From an uncultured Acidobacteriota bacterium (lineage in GTDB: Bacteria > Acidobacteriota > Vicinamibacteria > Vicinamibacterales > UBA8438), in contig CAJWLU010000006.1 of assembly GCA_913043225.1 (NCBI GenBank), positions 64,001 to 128,000 on the forward strand: a stretch of DNA of 64,000 bases, written 5' to 3'. The translations under genes and the position numbers were made by a program. The stretch's first letter is position 1. Each line of letters opens with the position of its first letter. The notes under the pieces were generated by a model. It was not told the DNA's origin. It ran no database searches and was given only the letters and a program-made list of their open reading frames with translations. Below, one piece after another: positions 1 to 10,154 of the stretch.

Positions 1-2
1 TG

Positions 3-854
3 CGTCAGACGGTGTTCGTGGAGTGTTCGTCGATGTATCGCGCTGACGGTCCGGAAGAGCTCCGGGTGGTGGGCGAGACCGAGTTCGTGCAGGGCGTCGC
101 TGCTAAGAGCGCGAGCGGTCAGTATGGCAACTCGCGGATGTGTACGGGCATCGTCAGCTCGGCGGATCTCTTGCTGGGCGACCGTGTTGCGTCAGTCCTC
201 GAGGCACATCAGGCGGCGAGCCCACAGCGGTTTCGGGGCATTCGACACCGTGCGGCGTGGGCCGAGCCGCCGGTGGTGGGTCGGCGCACACCCGGACCAG
301 AGCACCTGCTGCTCGACAGCGAATTCCGGCGCGGCTACGCCCATCTTCGAACGCATGGCCTGACCTTCGAGGGCTGGCTCTACCACACCCACATCGCGGA
401 CCTCGCCGATCTGGCTGGAACGTTCCCCGATACAACCATCATCCTCAACCATCTGGGTGGTCCGATCGGAATCGGTCCCTACGCTGGGCGTCAGGACGAG
501 GTGTTCGACGTGTGGCGGTCAGCGTTGACCGAGCTTGCGAAGCACGAGAACGTGGTAGCGAAGGTGGGTGGCATCCAGATGGTAGTAAATGGCTACGGCT
601 GGCACGAGCAGGAGCGGCCACCGTCGTCGGACGACTTGCTGGAGGCGAACCGGCGTTGGTACGAGCACACCATCGAAGCGTTTGGTCCGGGTCGCTGCAT
701 GTTCGAGAGCAACTTTCCTGTCGACAAGCTGTCCTGTTCCTATGTGGTGCTCTGGAACCAGTTCAAGAAGCTGACTCGGGGCTACTCGAGCGATGAGCGG
801 GCGGCGATGTTCCACGACACCGCTCAGCGCGTGTATCGCCTCACGCAGCTGTAA
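3..854 (+). CDS. Amidohydrolase family protein (amidohydrolase_2 / LigI-like), 5' partial
   Basis: Frame open from the window edge; motifs TVFVEC, RFRGIRH, ILNHLGGP, NVVAKVGG, RCMFESNFPVDK. Confidence 0.88.
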   Translation, partial: RQTVFVECSSMYRADGPEELRVVGETEFVQGVAAKSASGQYGNSRMCTGIVSSADLLLGDRVASVLEAHQAASPQRFRGIRHRAAWAEPPVVGRRTPGPEHLLLDSEFRRGYAHLRTHGLTFEGWLYHTHIADLADLAGTFPDTTIILNHLGGPIGIGPYAGRQDEVFDVWRSALTELAKHENVVAKVGGIQMVVNGYGWHEQERPPSSDDLLEANRRWYEHTIEAFGPGRCMFESNFPVDKLSCSYVVLWNQFKKLTRGYSSDERAAMFHDTAQRVYRLTQL

Positions 855-863
855 CCCTACCCG

Positions 864-1895
864 CTAGTCTGCGCTCAAGAACCGTTGCGCGGCAGCCGTC
901 GCCAGCAGCCGTCGCCCCTGCTCGCGTCCCCGTTCGAACGTTCGCATCGTGACCTCTCGGTCGAAGCAGAGGAATCCCGCCTCGATCGGATGGTCCGGGT
1001 AAATCAGTAGTAGTCGGTTCTCTGCGATGTCCCTGGCCACGGCCGGTTCGTCGTTCAGGGAGCGGAGGCGCAGGCTGGTTTCCCACAGGTGGCCGGCAGG
1101 GTCACAACAGAAGACGACCGTGCGGTCGGTCGCGGCCCACGTTGCGACCTTGGTGAAGCGTGGCTGTTCGCCGAAGATGCCCATGGGCATCTTCAGAGAA
1201 AAGCCGCCGTCGACGAAGGTCGCGTCTTGATCAGCGGGGTAGAGGCCGGATGTGGTCAGGCGATCTGGAGGGATGGCTGGGCCCATCGCTAGCGGGACCA
1301 GGCACGAGGCCTCGATCGCGTCATGGTAATTCTCGCGAGTGAGCGGCCGGACGAATTCGGTGGCTAGGTCGTCGGGTAGATGACTGGCGAAGACGACGGG
1401 TTCGAGCAGGTAGCGGGGCTGGTACTTCAACCAGCGTGGCAGTTTCCGGGTGGTGGCCATCGCAAACAGGCGGGCCAGGTCGGTGGAGCCTGGGCGGCGT
1501 CCGTCAGGACGCCGGACTCGCGTGGTGAACACCAGCAGGCGCCGGCTGGCGTGTTTATCGAAGACTCGATTCACCTCGCCTGGTTCCATGACATAGCGGA
1601 TAGAGGCATGGAGGTGCCGTCGGAACGCACTCGACGGCCATAGCTGGGTGACGTCGGGGGGGAGGGGGTAGCGGGTGGGAATGTCGTCAGAGCCCCAGGC
1701 GGTCCAGCCCTTGAGCACCGTTGCTTCGGTGCCGGTGGCCACGTCGGCCGCAGCGTACCCGCCGGCCGAGGCGCCCATCATGACCGAGGGGTAGCCGCCG
1801 TGCTGACGCGCCCAAGCCATTAACTCGTACAGCACGCCGCCCTGCCAGGCCCCACGGCCAGCTCCCCCCGAGTCGAGAATCCATCCGCACGCCAT
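864..1895 (-). CDS. Patatin-like phospholipase family protein
   Basis: Glycine-rich GGAGRG, nucleophile GASAG (GxSxG), ASCLVP and DGG motifs in patatin order. Confidence 0.8.
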   Translation of the reverse strand: MACGWILDSGGAGRGAWQGGVLYELMAWARQHGGYPSVMMGASAGGYAAADVATGTEATVLKGWTAWGSDDIPTRYPLPPDVTQLWPSSAFRRHLHASIRYVMEPGEVNRVFDKHASRRLLVFTTRVRRPDGRRPGSTDLARLFAMATTRKLPRWLKYQPRYLLEPVVFASHLPDDLATEFVRPLTRENYHDAIEASCLVPLAMGPAIPPDRLTTSGLYPADQDATFVDGGFSLKMPMGIFGEQPRFTKVATWAATDRTVVFCCDPAGHLWETSLRLRSLNDEPAVARDIAENRLLLIYPDHPIEAGFLCFDREVTMRTFERGREQGRRLLATAAAQRFLSAD

Positions 1896-2005
1896 ACTGA
1901 TCGTCCGCTCCGGTGGGGGAGCCTATCACCCGTGGGGTGGACCGGGTATCATGGCGCACGCCACGACGCGAACCGTGGCGGCAATTTCAGCACAGGAGAA
2001 GACAG

Positions 2006-2467
2006 ATGTACACCACTCGTACCATGCTCGCCACCGCACTTGTCGTGTTCGGACTGGCCGGCGCCGCCCAGGCTCAGGATATGCCGGCGTTCTGCGGCCC
2101 GTCGGGTCAGCTGCCGGACGATTTCTCGAAGAACGTGGCGGCGGATTCCCGCTGCTTCGAGATCCGGATGTATACGGCGAATGAAGCCGAGGGCGGCGAC
2201 ATCGACACGCTGCACCAGCGGTTCCGTGAAGGCGAAGTGGCGCTCTTCGAGAAGCACGGTGCCGAGATCGTCGCTGTCTGGCAGCGGATGGACGACCCAA
2301 ACACCATGGTCTGGATGCTGGCGTATCGGGACCGCGCCCATCGTGACGAGGTCTTCGAAGGGTTTCGCAACGATCCGGACTGGCCCCCGTTGCGCGCCAA
2401 GTATGCCGTACCCCTGAGTATCGAAGCGTTCATGCTGAGCGCCTCCGACTATTCGAATCTCAAGTAG
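2006..2467 (+). CDS. NIPSNAP family protein with signal peptide
   Basis: ATG at 2006 after AGGAG; signal peptide ending AQA; FEIRMY...LHQRF...LFEKHG...F.NDPDW...S.LK NIPSNAP pattern. Confidence 0.85.
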   Translation: MYTTRTMLATALVVFGLAGAAQAQDMPAFCGPSGQLPDDFSKNVAADSRCFEIRMYTANEAEGGDIDTLHQRFREGEVALFEKHGAEIVAVWQRMDDPNTMVWMLAYRDRAHRDEVFEGFRNDPDWPPLRAKYAVPLSIEAFMLSASDYSNLK

Positions 2468-2798
2468 TCGGCTTCGGGGGGAGACTTCCTCCTGCAGAAG
2501 GCGAGTCGGTCATGGCTCAGAGTGCTGCTGGTGGCCGTCGTTTCGTGCGATGGGCCTGTGCCATCGACCGGTTCGCCCCCTGATTGACCGCTGGCCGAGG
2601 TGCGGCCTGACGTTGGCGTCCCGGCTCGCTCACTTCATGCCAGGCCGTCGACTGCGCGCGGGCACGCGCCTTCAAGCACGGCCTGGGGGTGCCTTGTCGG
2701 CGTCTTTCTCAAGGCGAATGCTTGCACGAGGGGGTGGCCCAGTCGCCGAGCTTGTTCGTGGTCTTCGCCATCTCCATGTTCTAGCCAGGAAATAGCGG

Positions 2799-4238
2799 TT
2801 GTCCAAGCAAGGCGGATATTGGCTGCTGGCTGGGATCGCCGTGATGGCGGTTGTGACCGCGCTGCCATCCCCCTCCCCACTTCTGCACGAAGCTGAGTTG
2901 GTGCCCCTGACGGTGGAGGGGAAGGCCACCCTGGCGGTGCTTGCCTTTGCGGTGGTGCTTTGGGTGACCGAGGCGCTGCCCTTTCCGGTGACGGCGCTGT
3001 CGGTTATGGTCCTGCTCCCGGCCCTTGGGGTGTCCACTTTCTCCACCGTGGTCAGTCAGGGGTTCGGCCATTCGATAATCGTCTTCCTTATCGGCATCTT
3101 GATCTTGGCGGCAGGGTTCGGGCATTCGGGTCTCGGCGCTCGGCTGGTCCTCGGTGTGCTCAGGGTGGTCGGCACCAGCACCGACAGGGTGCTTCTGGGG
3201 TTTCTGTCTGTCGGCGCGGTCCTGTCGATGTGGTTGAACGACCTGGCCGCAGCGGCGCTGCTCTTGCCGCTAGGGGTCGGACTGCTCGAGGATGCTGGGC
3301 TCCGTCGACAGGAGAGCAACTTCGGGCGGGCGCTCATGATCGGGTGCGCGTTCGGTCCTCTGATTGGCGGCGTGGCTACGCCGGCCGGCACTGGCGCCAA
3401 CCAGGTGACTATGGCGTATCTGCGTGACATGGCCGGTGTGGAGCTGTCGTTCCTGGACTGGATGACGTTCGGGTTGCCGGCCACCGTGTTGATGGTCCCG
3501 TGTGCTTGGAAACTGCTGCTCTGGGTGTTTCCGCCGGAGATTGCCCGCCTGCCGATTGAGGACAGCGCGCTAGTGCGTCGTCAGGAGGCGCTAGGAGGAT
3601 TCTCGCCGGTGGAGTGGAAGACGCTGGTTGTTTTCGCTATGACCATCCTGGTCTGGCTGACGACGCCCCTGCTAGCGGCCTGGACCGACGGGCGGATCAA
3701 CCCGTCGATGCACGCCGTAGCCCTGGCCGGGGGGCTGGCCATGTTTCTGCCTGGCGTGAGAGTGCTGACCTGGAAGATGGCACAGCAGGAGATTCAGTGG
3801 GGCGGCATTCTCCTGGTTGCGGCTGGCTTGGCGCTTGGCTTGACGGTGTTCGAGACCGGCGCCGCCCGGTGGGTCGGGCTGGGCTTGCTCGTACCGATAG
3901 CTCTGGTCCCTGCGCTGGCGCAGCCGTTCGTCGTCGTGGTCGTGGTCTCTGCGATGCACTTGCTGTTTGCCAGCAACACCGTAACGGCCACCGTGGTCCT
4001 GCCCATCCTGATTGCCCTGGCGGGTGACCTGGGTCTGACGCCGCTCGCCATCGCCATCCCGGCTGGGTTCGCCTCGTCGCTGGCGTTCATCCTGGTGACC
4101 GAGAGTCCGGCCAACGTCGTGCTGTACAGCGCTGGCTACTTTTCGATCCGTGACATGGCCCGGGCTGGTGTCTGGATGACCTTGGCCGCGGCCGTCTGTG
4201 TCACCGTCGCGGTCACCGTGGTGGGGATGTTTCTGTAG
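2799..4238 (+). CDS. SLC13/DASS family sodium-coupled anion (di/tricarboxylate or sulfate) symporter
   Basis: Many transmembrane segments; LWVTEALPFPVTAL, LSMWLNDLAA, IGGVATPAGTGAN, ASNTVTA, SPANVVLY motifs; start codon uncertain (TTG). Confidence 0.88.
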   Translation: MSKQGGYWLLAGIAVMAVVTALPSPSPLLHEAELVPLTVEGKATLAVLAFAVVLWVTEALPFPVTALSVMVLLPALGVSTFSTVVSQGFGHSIIVFLIGILILAAGFGHSGLGARLVLGVLRVVGTSTDRVLLGFLSVGAVLSMWLNDLAAAALLLPLGVGLLEDAGLRRQESNFGRALMIGCAFGPLIGGVATPAGTGANQVTMAYLRDMAGVELSFLDWMTFGLPATVLMVPCAWKLLLWVFPPEIARLPIEDSALVRRQEALGGFSPVEWKTLVVFAMTILVWLTTPLLAAWTDGRINPSMHAVALAGGLAMFLPGVRVLTWKMAQQEIQWGGILLVAAGLALGLTVFETGAARWVGLGLLVPIALVPALAQPFVVVVVVSAMHLLFASNTVTATVVLPILIALAGDLGLTPLAIAIPAGFASSLAFILVTESPANVVLYSAGYFSIRDMARAGVWMTLAAAVCVTVAVTVVGMFL

Positions 4239-4256
4239 AGCTACAATTCCCGCTTC

Positions 4257-4649
4257 ATGACCGACCCCAACCTGCAGATTGCGGTGCGCGCCCTGATGAC
4301 CGAGTTTGTCGGACTCTATAACGAGGGTGACACCGATGGAATTGCCGCAGTCTACACCGATGACGGCCACCGGTTCGATGCATTTGGCGGGCATGCGGAT
4401 GGCAGAGAAGCGGTCCGGGTGATGTATCGCGAGGAGATCAATCGGCGAGGGCCGGAGCCGAGGAATCCGCCTGGGCAAGAACTCGAGTTGGACATCAACA
4501 TTGTCCTGCCGCTGTCGTCGTCCCAGGCGCTTGTCGACGGGCTGATCCGGTTCCGCGGGCGCCATCGCCGGTTTACTGCGGTGGCTCGGCTCGATCCAGA
4601 TCGTTGGCGCTTGCAACTCGGTCGGGTTCATCCCCCGGCCGGTGGCTAA
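4257..4649 (+). CDS. SnoaL-like / NTF2-fold protein (SgcJ/EcaC-like)
   Basis: FVGLYNEGDTDGIAAVYTDDG...GREAVR pattern of NTF2-like domains. Confidence 0.7.
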   Translation: MTDPNLQIAVRALMTEFVGLYNEGDTDGIAAVYTDDGHRFDAFGGHADGREAVRVMYREEINRRGPEPRNPPGQELELDINIVLPLSSSQALVDGLIRFRGRHRRFTAVARLDPDRWRLQLGRVHPPAGG

Positions 4650-4679
4650 TGAGGGTGTTCACTGACCGTCCGGACCGCG

Positions 4680-4833
4680 GATCTTCTCGCTCGGCAGCTC
4701 GAACAACCACGAGATCCTGAAGGCGAGCGGTAGGTCGGGTCGTGCCTCTGGGTCTCGATTGCGTTCACGGTCTGGCGAAATACTCCCAGCCGTTCGGCTA
4801 ACGCTGTCTTCGACCAGTCGCGCTCGCCCGAAG
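4680..4833 (-). pseudogene. Degraded XRE-family helix-turn-helix transcriptional regulator
   Basis: Minus strand reads ERDWSKTALAERLGVFRQTVNAIETQRHDPT and, after a frameshift, LPLAFRISWLFELPSEKI, matching small XRE regulators (..VSRQTVNAIE.GKYDPSLPLAF.I..LF..); no start codon. Confidence 0.75.
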
Positions 4834-4893
4834 CCCCTCCCCTCCGCGCTTTACGAGCGACCGCTTCGACAAGGGAAAGCGCAGAGCGCTCCG

Positions 4894-6642
4894 TCAGGGC
4901 AGTCGAAAGACGAAGAGCGTGTTACCGCGCGGTGGCTGCCTTATCTCGGGCGTTAGGCCACGGTGATTGACCCCGCCGCCGGTGGCGATGGCGACAAATT
5001 GGGCCCCGTCGTGCTCGTAGGAGACGGGGAAGCCGCCAGCGCTGGAATTCAGGATCTGCTCCCAGAGCACGTCGCCGGTCGAGACATCGAAGGCGCGGAA
5101 CCGGCGCGCGTCATCGGTCACGAATACGAGCCCGCCTCCGGTGCTCAAGACGGAACCCCCGATGCCGGCGCGCTGGCGATGCACCCACCTGGGCTCGCCG
5201 GTCGCCAGATCCATCGCGGTGAACATGCCGACCTGTCCATTGGCCTCGGGCGCGATGGAGCGGTTGACGCGCGCAGATCCGTGGTGTCGTCCTGGTCGGT
5301 TGCGGAACTCGTTCAGCGTGAGGTCCATGCACACGTCATTGGTCGGGGCGAAGAGCGTGTTGCTGGCGGGGTTGTACGCGGTGGCCTGCCAGTTGATGCC
5401 GCCGATGAGGCTGGGACAGACAAAGACGGGCTCGCCCACCTGAGGGAACTTGAGCGCCTGGTTAAGGAGAACCCGCCGGCTCTCCGCGTCGATGTCCTCG
5501 ACGACGTTCTGAGTATTGGTTGGCTGCGCCCAGAGAAACGCGCCGGTCGCGGCGTCGAGCGCCCACACGATGCCGGTCTTGCCAGGAATCCCAGTGACGA
5601 TCTTTCGACGATTCCCCGAGGTGATGCCGTTATTTCGCCACTCAACGTCGCCCGGTGAGACCTCGGTTTCGACCACGAGCCGGGCGAACGGATGGTCGAG
5701 GTCCCACTCGTCGTTCGGTATGTGCTGGAAGTACCAGGCAATCTCGCCCGTGTCGGCGTTTAGCGCCAGCGTCGAGTTGGTGTACAGCACGTCGCCGTCG
5801 CCGGTGCCGCGCTGCACCGAACCCCAAGGGATGGGGACGCCCACCCCGGTGTAGATCAGGTTCAGTTCTGGGTCGTAGCTCGGTGAGTTCCAGGGCGATC
5901 CGCCGCGGCGGTCCTCCTCGGGCACGTCGCCCCAGGTGTCGTAACCGAACTCGCCAGGGCCTGGAATGGTGTAGGTGCGCCAGTGTTCCTCGCCGGTGTC
6001 CGCGTTATGGGCGGAGACCCAGCAGCGGGTGTTGAGGTGATAGCAGCCGGACATGCCGATGACCACCTGTCCCTTGATCACCATTGGTCCGCCGGAATAG
6101 TGCTGGCCGATCGTCCAGTCGCCGACTTGGACTTCCCATTCGACCTCGCCGCTCCGGGCGTTGAGCGCGAGTAGATGTGCGTCGTGGGTGCCGAGGAAGA
6201 TCTTGTCGTCGTACAGCGCGCCGCTCCGGTTGGCGCAGGCCAGATTGGCCGGATGTTCGACTCGCTCCCGTCGGTATTCCCAGATGCGCGTGCCGTCGCG
6301 TAGGTCCAGCGCCTCGACGTAGTCGCAGGCTTGTACCAGAAACATCATCCCGTCGTGCACGAGGGGGGTGGTCTCTTGCAGCCCTTCGGCCATGGTCCAG
6401 GCCCACGCCAGCCGCAACGTGCCTACGTTCGAGGTGTTGATCTGAGTGAGCGGGCTGTGCCCCCAGTGGCCGTAGCTGCGGCGCCACATCAGCCAATCGC
6501 TGTCAGGCGGGTCGACCAGTTCCGCGTCGCTCACCGGCGTGTAGGCGAGGGCGATTGGCGATAACTCCTCGGTTTGGGCTACGCCCGGGGTAGCGGTGGC
6601 CCCGACGAGCAGAACGCTGGTGACGAGAACTGCTGTTCGCAT
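4894..6642 (-). CDS. PQQ-dependent dehydrogenase, alcohol dehydrogenase-like (8-bladed propeller), exported
   Basis: Start MRTAVLV with signal peptide; DWLMWRR..HWGHSPL.QI...NV..L.LAW, ETTPLV.DG.M, SYDPELNLIY.G.G, NDEWDLD, GGINWQ, LSTGGGLVF. Confidence 0.9.
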   Translation of the reverse strand: MRTAVLVTSVLLVGATATPGVAQTEELSPIALAYTPVSDAELVDPPDSDWLMWRRSYGHWGHSPLTQINTSNVGTLRLAWAWTMAEGLQETTPLVHDGMMFLVQACDYVEALDLRDGTRIWEYRRERVEHPANLACANRSGALYDDKIFLGTHDAHLLALNARSGEVEWEVQVGDWTIGQHYSGGPMVIKGQVVIGMSGCYHLNTRCWVSAHNADTGEEHWRTYTIPGPGEFGYDTWGDVPEEDRRGGSPWNSPSYDPELNLIYTGVGVPIPWGSVQRGTGDGDVLYTNSTLALNADTGEIAWYFQHIPNDEWDLDHPFARLVVETEVSPGDVEWRNNGITSGNRRKIVTGIPGKTGIVWALDAATGAFLWAQPTNTQNVVEDIDAESRRVLLNQALKFPQVGEPVFVCPSLIGGINWQATAYNPASNTLFAPTNDVCMDLTLNEFRNRPGRHHGSARVNRSIAPEANGQVGMFTAMDLATGEPRWVHRQRAGIGGSVLSTGGGLVFVTDDARRFRAFDVSTGDVLWEQILNSSAGGFPVSYEHDGAQFVAIATGGGVNHRGLTPEIRQPPRGNTLFVFRLP

Positions 6643-6773
6643 GGCATGAGGATACACCGGGTGGCGGCGACGGGAAGTGCTATCAGCGGCCGCTGTTGTC
6701 TCGGCGTGCGTACCGTGTCGGGCAGTCGGACGACCAGCTCGAGCTATTCCGCAAACGAGGCGCCGTGGGGACG

Positions 6774-7124
6774 CTAAACCCACTCAGGCGGAGGCGTGAT
6801 CTCCTCGGACGGCGGCCGGCCAGCGGCTGGTCGACCCGAGCCTTCGAGTCGGCTGATCGCGCGGACGCTCATGTCCTGGTCGCACTGAATCTGACACGAC
6901 AGACGCACCCCGCTGATATTCCGCTCTTCGAACACCGCTTTTTCGGCCGTGGTCATCTTGCTGGGTTCGCCGTCGATGAATTCCACGCGACAGGTGGTGC
7001 ACCGGGAGTTGCCGCCGCAGGCGTGCAGCACGTCCACTTCTGCATCCTGCTTCAGCGCCAGGACGAGACGCTTGCCATCGGCTACGTTGACCGTGCCGTA
7101 TCCTTCCACCGTGAGCTTGGGCAT
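6774..7124 (-). CDS. 2Fe-2S ferredoxin
   Basis: C-x5-C-x2-C (CGGNSRCTTC) plus distal RLSCQ. Confidence 0.92.
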   Translation of the reverse strand: MPKLTVEGYGTVNVADGKRLVLALKQDAEVDVLHACGGNSRCTTCRVEFIDGEPSKMTTAEKAVFEERNISGVRLSCQIQCDQDMSVRAISRLEGSGRPAAGRPPSEEITPPPEWV

Positions 7125-7158
7125 CGGATTATTCTACGTCTCGGTCTGGAGGGAGCTG

Positions 7159-7911
7159 ATGCGGAAACTTGAGCTGATACTGGCAGGCCTCGTTCTCTTC
7201 CTGGTGGCGGGCTGCGCCGCAAGCCAGGTGGTGGAATGGGAGGTCGATGGAATTCAGCGTGAGGGTATTGTCTATGCACCCAAGGCTGCGACGGAACAGC
7301 CGACACCGCTCGTGCTGGCGTTTCACGGTTTCGGGGACATGGCCCTGAACTTCCAGCGTACCGATATCCACGAGGCATGGCCGGAGGCGATCGTTGTCTA
7401 CTTCCAGGGGCTGACCACGCGCCGAGGCATGCCTGGGTGGCAGTCATCGGCGAGTGCCGAGAATCGCGACCTGAGAATGGTCGATATCGCCGTGGCGGCA
7501 CTAAGGGAGACCTACCAGATCGACGACGCGCGGATTTACGCCACCGGGTTCTCGAATGGTGGCATGTTCACGTACCTGCTGTGGGCGGAACGACCGGATC
7601 TGTTCGCCGCGTTCGCGCCGATTGCCGCCCGGTTGCGGCCAGGAGTCGAGCCCGCTGTTCCGAAACCCCTCTTCCACGCTGCCGGGGAGGGCGACCGCGT
7701 AGTCGACTATCGGGCTCAGCTCGCGGCCATCGAGACGGCCATCGAGGTTAATGGTGTGGGGGATCAATCCCGGTCGTGCGGCCAGGGCTGCACGCTCTAC
7801 GGTTCGCAGTCCGGGGCTCCCGTTATGGCCTGGGTCTATCCGGCGGCGCACGTCTGGCCCACGAGCACGAGCGAACGTATCGCGGACTTCTTTAGAGGAC
7901 ACGCCAAGTAA
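7159..7911 (+). CDS. Exported esterase, PHB depolymerase/LpqC-like alpha/beta hydrolase (lipoprotein)
   Basis: ATG at 7159 after GGAGGGAG; lipobox VAGC; PLVLAFHG, RIYATGFSNGG, GEGDRVV, AHVWP. Confidence 0.85.
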   Translation: MRKLELILAGLVLFLVAGCAASQVVEWEVDGIQREGIVYAPKAATEQPTPLVLAFHGFGDMALNFQRTDIHEAWPEAIVVYFQGLTTRRGMPGWQSSASAENRDLRMVDIAVAALRETYQIDDARIYATGFSNGGMFTYLLWAERPDLFAAFAPIAARLRPGVEPAVPKPLFHAAGEGDRVVDYRAQLAAIETAIEVNGVGDQSRSCGQGCTLYGSQSGAPVMAWVYPAAHVWPTSTSERIADFFRGHAK

Positions 7912-7932
7912 AAGCGCGCGCCCGTACATAGG

Positions 7933-7963
7933 TTGGGGGGCCTTCTGCGGGAAGGCCCCCCAA
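7933..7963. terminator. Probable bidirectional terminator hairpin
   Basis: Perfect 13-bp stem TTGGGGGGCCTTC / GAAGGCCCCCCAA with 5-nt loop between convergent genes. Confidence 0.7.
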
Positions 7964-7989
7964 AGAACAACCGCCGCCCGTCGGAAAGG

Positions 7990-10074
7990 CTAGTAACCCC
8001 CGCTGGCCGGTGCAGCCTCTGGGACGGCTACCGCGGCGATACCGTCAGCCAGTTGGACGATGATGTACTGGTGCCCGTCGTGCACCCAGCTCGACATGCC
8101 GTAGCGCGTCACGCCCGGAATCTCGATGCCGCCGACCCGCTCGCCCGTCCGCTTGTCATAGGCGTAGAGCATCGGGGTGTTGTCGGCGCTCAAGCCCCCG
8201 GCAACCAGGAGCGTAGGTGTGACCACCATGGCCGCGTTCCCGCCACGGCCGCGGTTGATCTCAATGTTCTCGAGCCCCTGGACCAGCGGGTGGTTCCGGA
8301 TGGTGTCCTGCTGAGCCTCTGACGCATCGGAGGAGGGTACCGCCCACAGGTGGTCACCGGTGTTGAGGTCGATGGCCGTGATGCGACCCACTGGACCCTT
8401 CCAGATAGGAAGTCCGTCGATGGTGAACTGCTCGATGCTCCCGCGGACCGTCGTGGCCACCGCCGCGAAGTCGGTGTGCGTCGTGCCAGATTGTTCGAGC
8501 TCATCGAGTGGTGAGTCGACGCCAGGCATCACTTGAAGCCTGAAGCAACTGCTCTGCGAGCTGACGAAGATCACCCCGTTCACCGGATCGGCGACTGCGG
8601 GGCCGGTGATGTTGGTGCCGCCGCCGCCGCCCGGACAGTTCCACGCTGGGCCAGCTGGATCGTCGGTGTGGGTGGGGGGATCGAACAGCCCGTTAAAGAG
8701 GTTGTTCTCCTCGGCCACCTGGCGCGCCATCTCCTTGATCTCGGGCGTGTAGTCGATCAGGTGATCCTCGGTTCGTCCCTGCAGGTCATAGGGGGCAGGC
8801 TTGGTGGGGAAGGGCTGGGTTTCAGACAGCTTCTCTCCAGGAATTCTCGAGCTGGGAACCGGTCGCTCCTCGATCGGCCAGATCGGCTCGCCAGTCTCCC
8901 GGTCGAGAGCGTAGAGGAACGCCTGTTTGGTGGCCTGAAAGAGCCCCTTGATCTCACGACCGTCGACGGTTACGTCCATCAAGACCGGTGCGGTGGGAGT
9001 GTCGTAGTTCCAGATGTCGTGGTGCACCATCTGATAATGCCACTCCCGTTCACCGGTATCGGCATTCAGCGCGATGATGCTCGTGCTGAATAGGTTGTCG
9101 CCAGGGTGATGTCCCCCGTAGTAGTCGATGGTGGGGCCGTTCGTTACGATGTAGACCAGCCCGAGCTCGGGGTCGGCTGCCATTGGAGCCCACGACGAGA
9201 CGTCGCCGATCCACTGCCAAGCGTCGTTTTCCCAGGTATCGTGCCCGAACTCGCCGGGCCGCGGGACTACGTTGAACTTCCACTTGTGCTCGCCCGTCCG
9301 CACGTCGTAGCCGAGGATGTCTCCGGGGACGTTCTCGACGCGGGTCTGAAGGTAGCCCTGCTCGGCCGAGTTGCCCACGACGATGGTGTCGTTGACGACG
9401 ATCGGCGGCGACGAAGCGGTGATGTAGCCGATTTCGATCGGGATGCCCTGGCCGGCGTCATAGGGGCGGTCCATGGCGAGCCACGGCCCCCAGTCGGCGA
9501 TAAGGTCCTCGACCAAGTCGACCGTGCCGGTCTCGTTGAAGCCGTCGATCGGCACAGGACGACCCCAGTTCTCGAGCGGTTTTCCGGTCTCGACATCGAG
9601 GGCGTGGAGGAAGAACGCCGGGGAACTAATGAACACCACCCCGCGGCCATCGATCTCGGTGTAGGCGATGCCCTTGCCGTACCCCTTCCGCATGGAATAG
9701 TCGTGGCGAAATGTGTTGGGCTCGCGAAAGCTCCAGATCAGGTCCCCATTCTTCGGATCGATCGCCACAACGTGACGCCGGTCACCGGCGACCGTGATGA
9801 GCTTGCCGTCGATGTAGGATGGCGTAGCGCGCGGGGTGCTGGGGCCGAAGCTGGTCGCGCTCCACTCCCACACGACCTCGAGGTCGTTGAAGTTGTCGGC
9901 CGTGATCTCGGTGGCCGGGGTGTATCGGGTATGCCAGGCGTCGCCGCCCAGATAGGTCCAGTTGCCATTCTCGGTGCCAGGCCCTTGAGCCAGCGCCGCA
10001 CCGGGGAGGGCAAGTGCGCAGGCTAGCGCCGCCGCCAGCGCGAGCGGGGGCCTGCGTCGTTCGGTGGCTCTCAT
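7990..10074 (-). CDS. PQQ-dependent dehydrogenase, glucose/quinate dehydrogenase-like, exported
   Basis: Start MRATERRR after AGGAG; signal peptide; WTYLGGD, SSPPIVVND, PGDILGYDVRTG, DPELGLVY, NLFSTSIIAL, HHDIWNYD, KQAFLY.LDRETGEPIWPIEERPVP. Confidence 0.9.
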   Translation of the reverse strand: MRATERRRPPLALAAALACALALPGAALAQGPGTENGNWTYLGGDAWHTRYTPATEITADNFNDLEVVWEWSATSFGPSTPRATPSYIDGKLITVAGDRRHVVAIDPKNGDLIWSFREPNTFRHDYSMRKGYGKGIAYTEIDGRGVVFISSPAFFLHALDVETGKPLENWGRPVPIDGFNETGTVDLVEDLIADWGPWLAMDRPYDAGQGIPIEIGYITASSPPIVVNDTIVVGNSAEQGYLQTRVENVPGDILGYDVRTGEHKWKFNVVPRPGEFGHDTWENDAWQWIGDVSSWAPMAADPELGLVYIVTNGPTIDYYGGHHPGDNLFSTSIIALNADTGEREWHYQMVHHDIWNYDTPTAPVLMDVTVDGREIKGLFQATKQAFLYALDRETGEPIWPIEERPVPSSRIPGEKLSETQPFPTKPAPYDLQGRTEDHLIDYTPEIKEMARQVAEENNLFNGLFDPPTHTDDPAGPAWNCPGGGGGTNITGPAVADPVNGVIFVSSQSSCFRLQVMPGVDSPLDELEQSGTTHTDFAAVATTVRGSIEQFTIDGLPIWKGPVGRITAIDLNTGDHLWAVPSSDASEAQQDTIRNHPLVQGLENIEINRGRGGNAAMVVTPTLLVAGGLSADNTPMLYAYDKRTGERVGGIEIPGVTRYGMSSWVHDGHQYIIVQLADGIAAVAVPEAAPASGGY

Positions 10075-10154
10075 ACGCCTTCTGCTCCTGGTAGTGTGTT
10101 CGGAACGCTCCGTCGACCATGTCATGGTAACAGCCAGCAGGGGCAGATGAGAAG

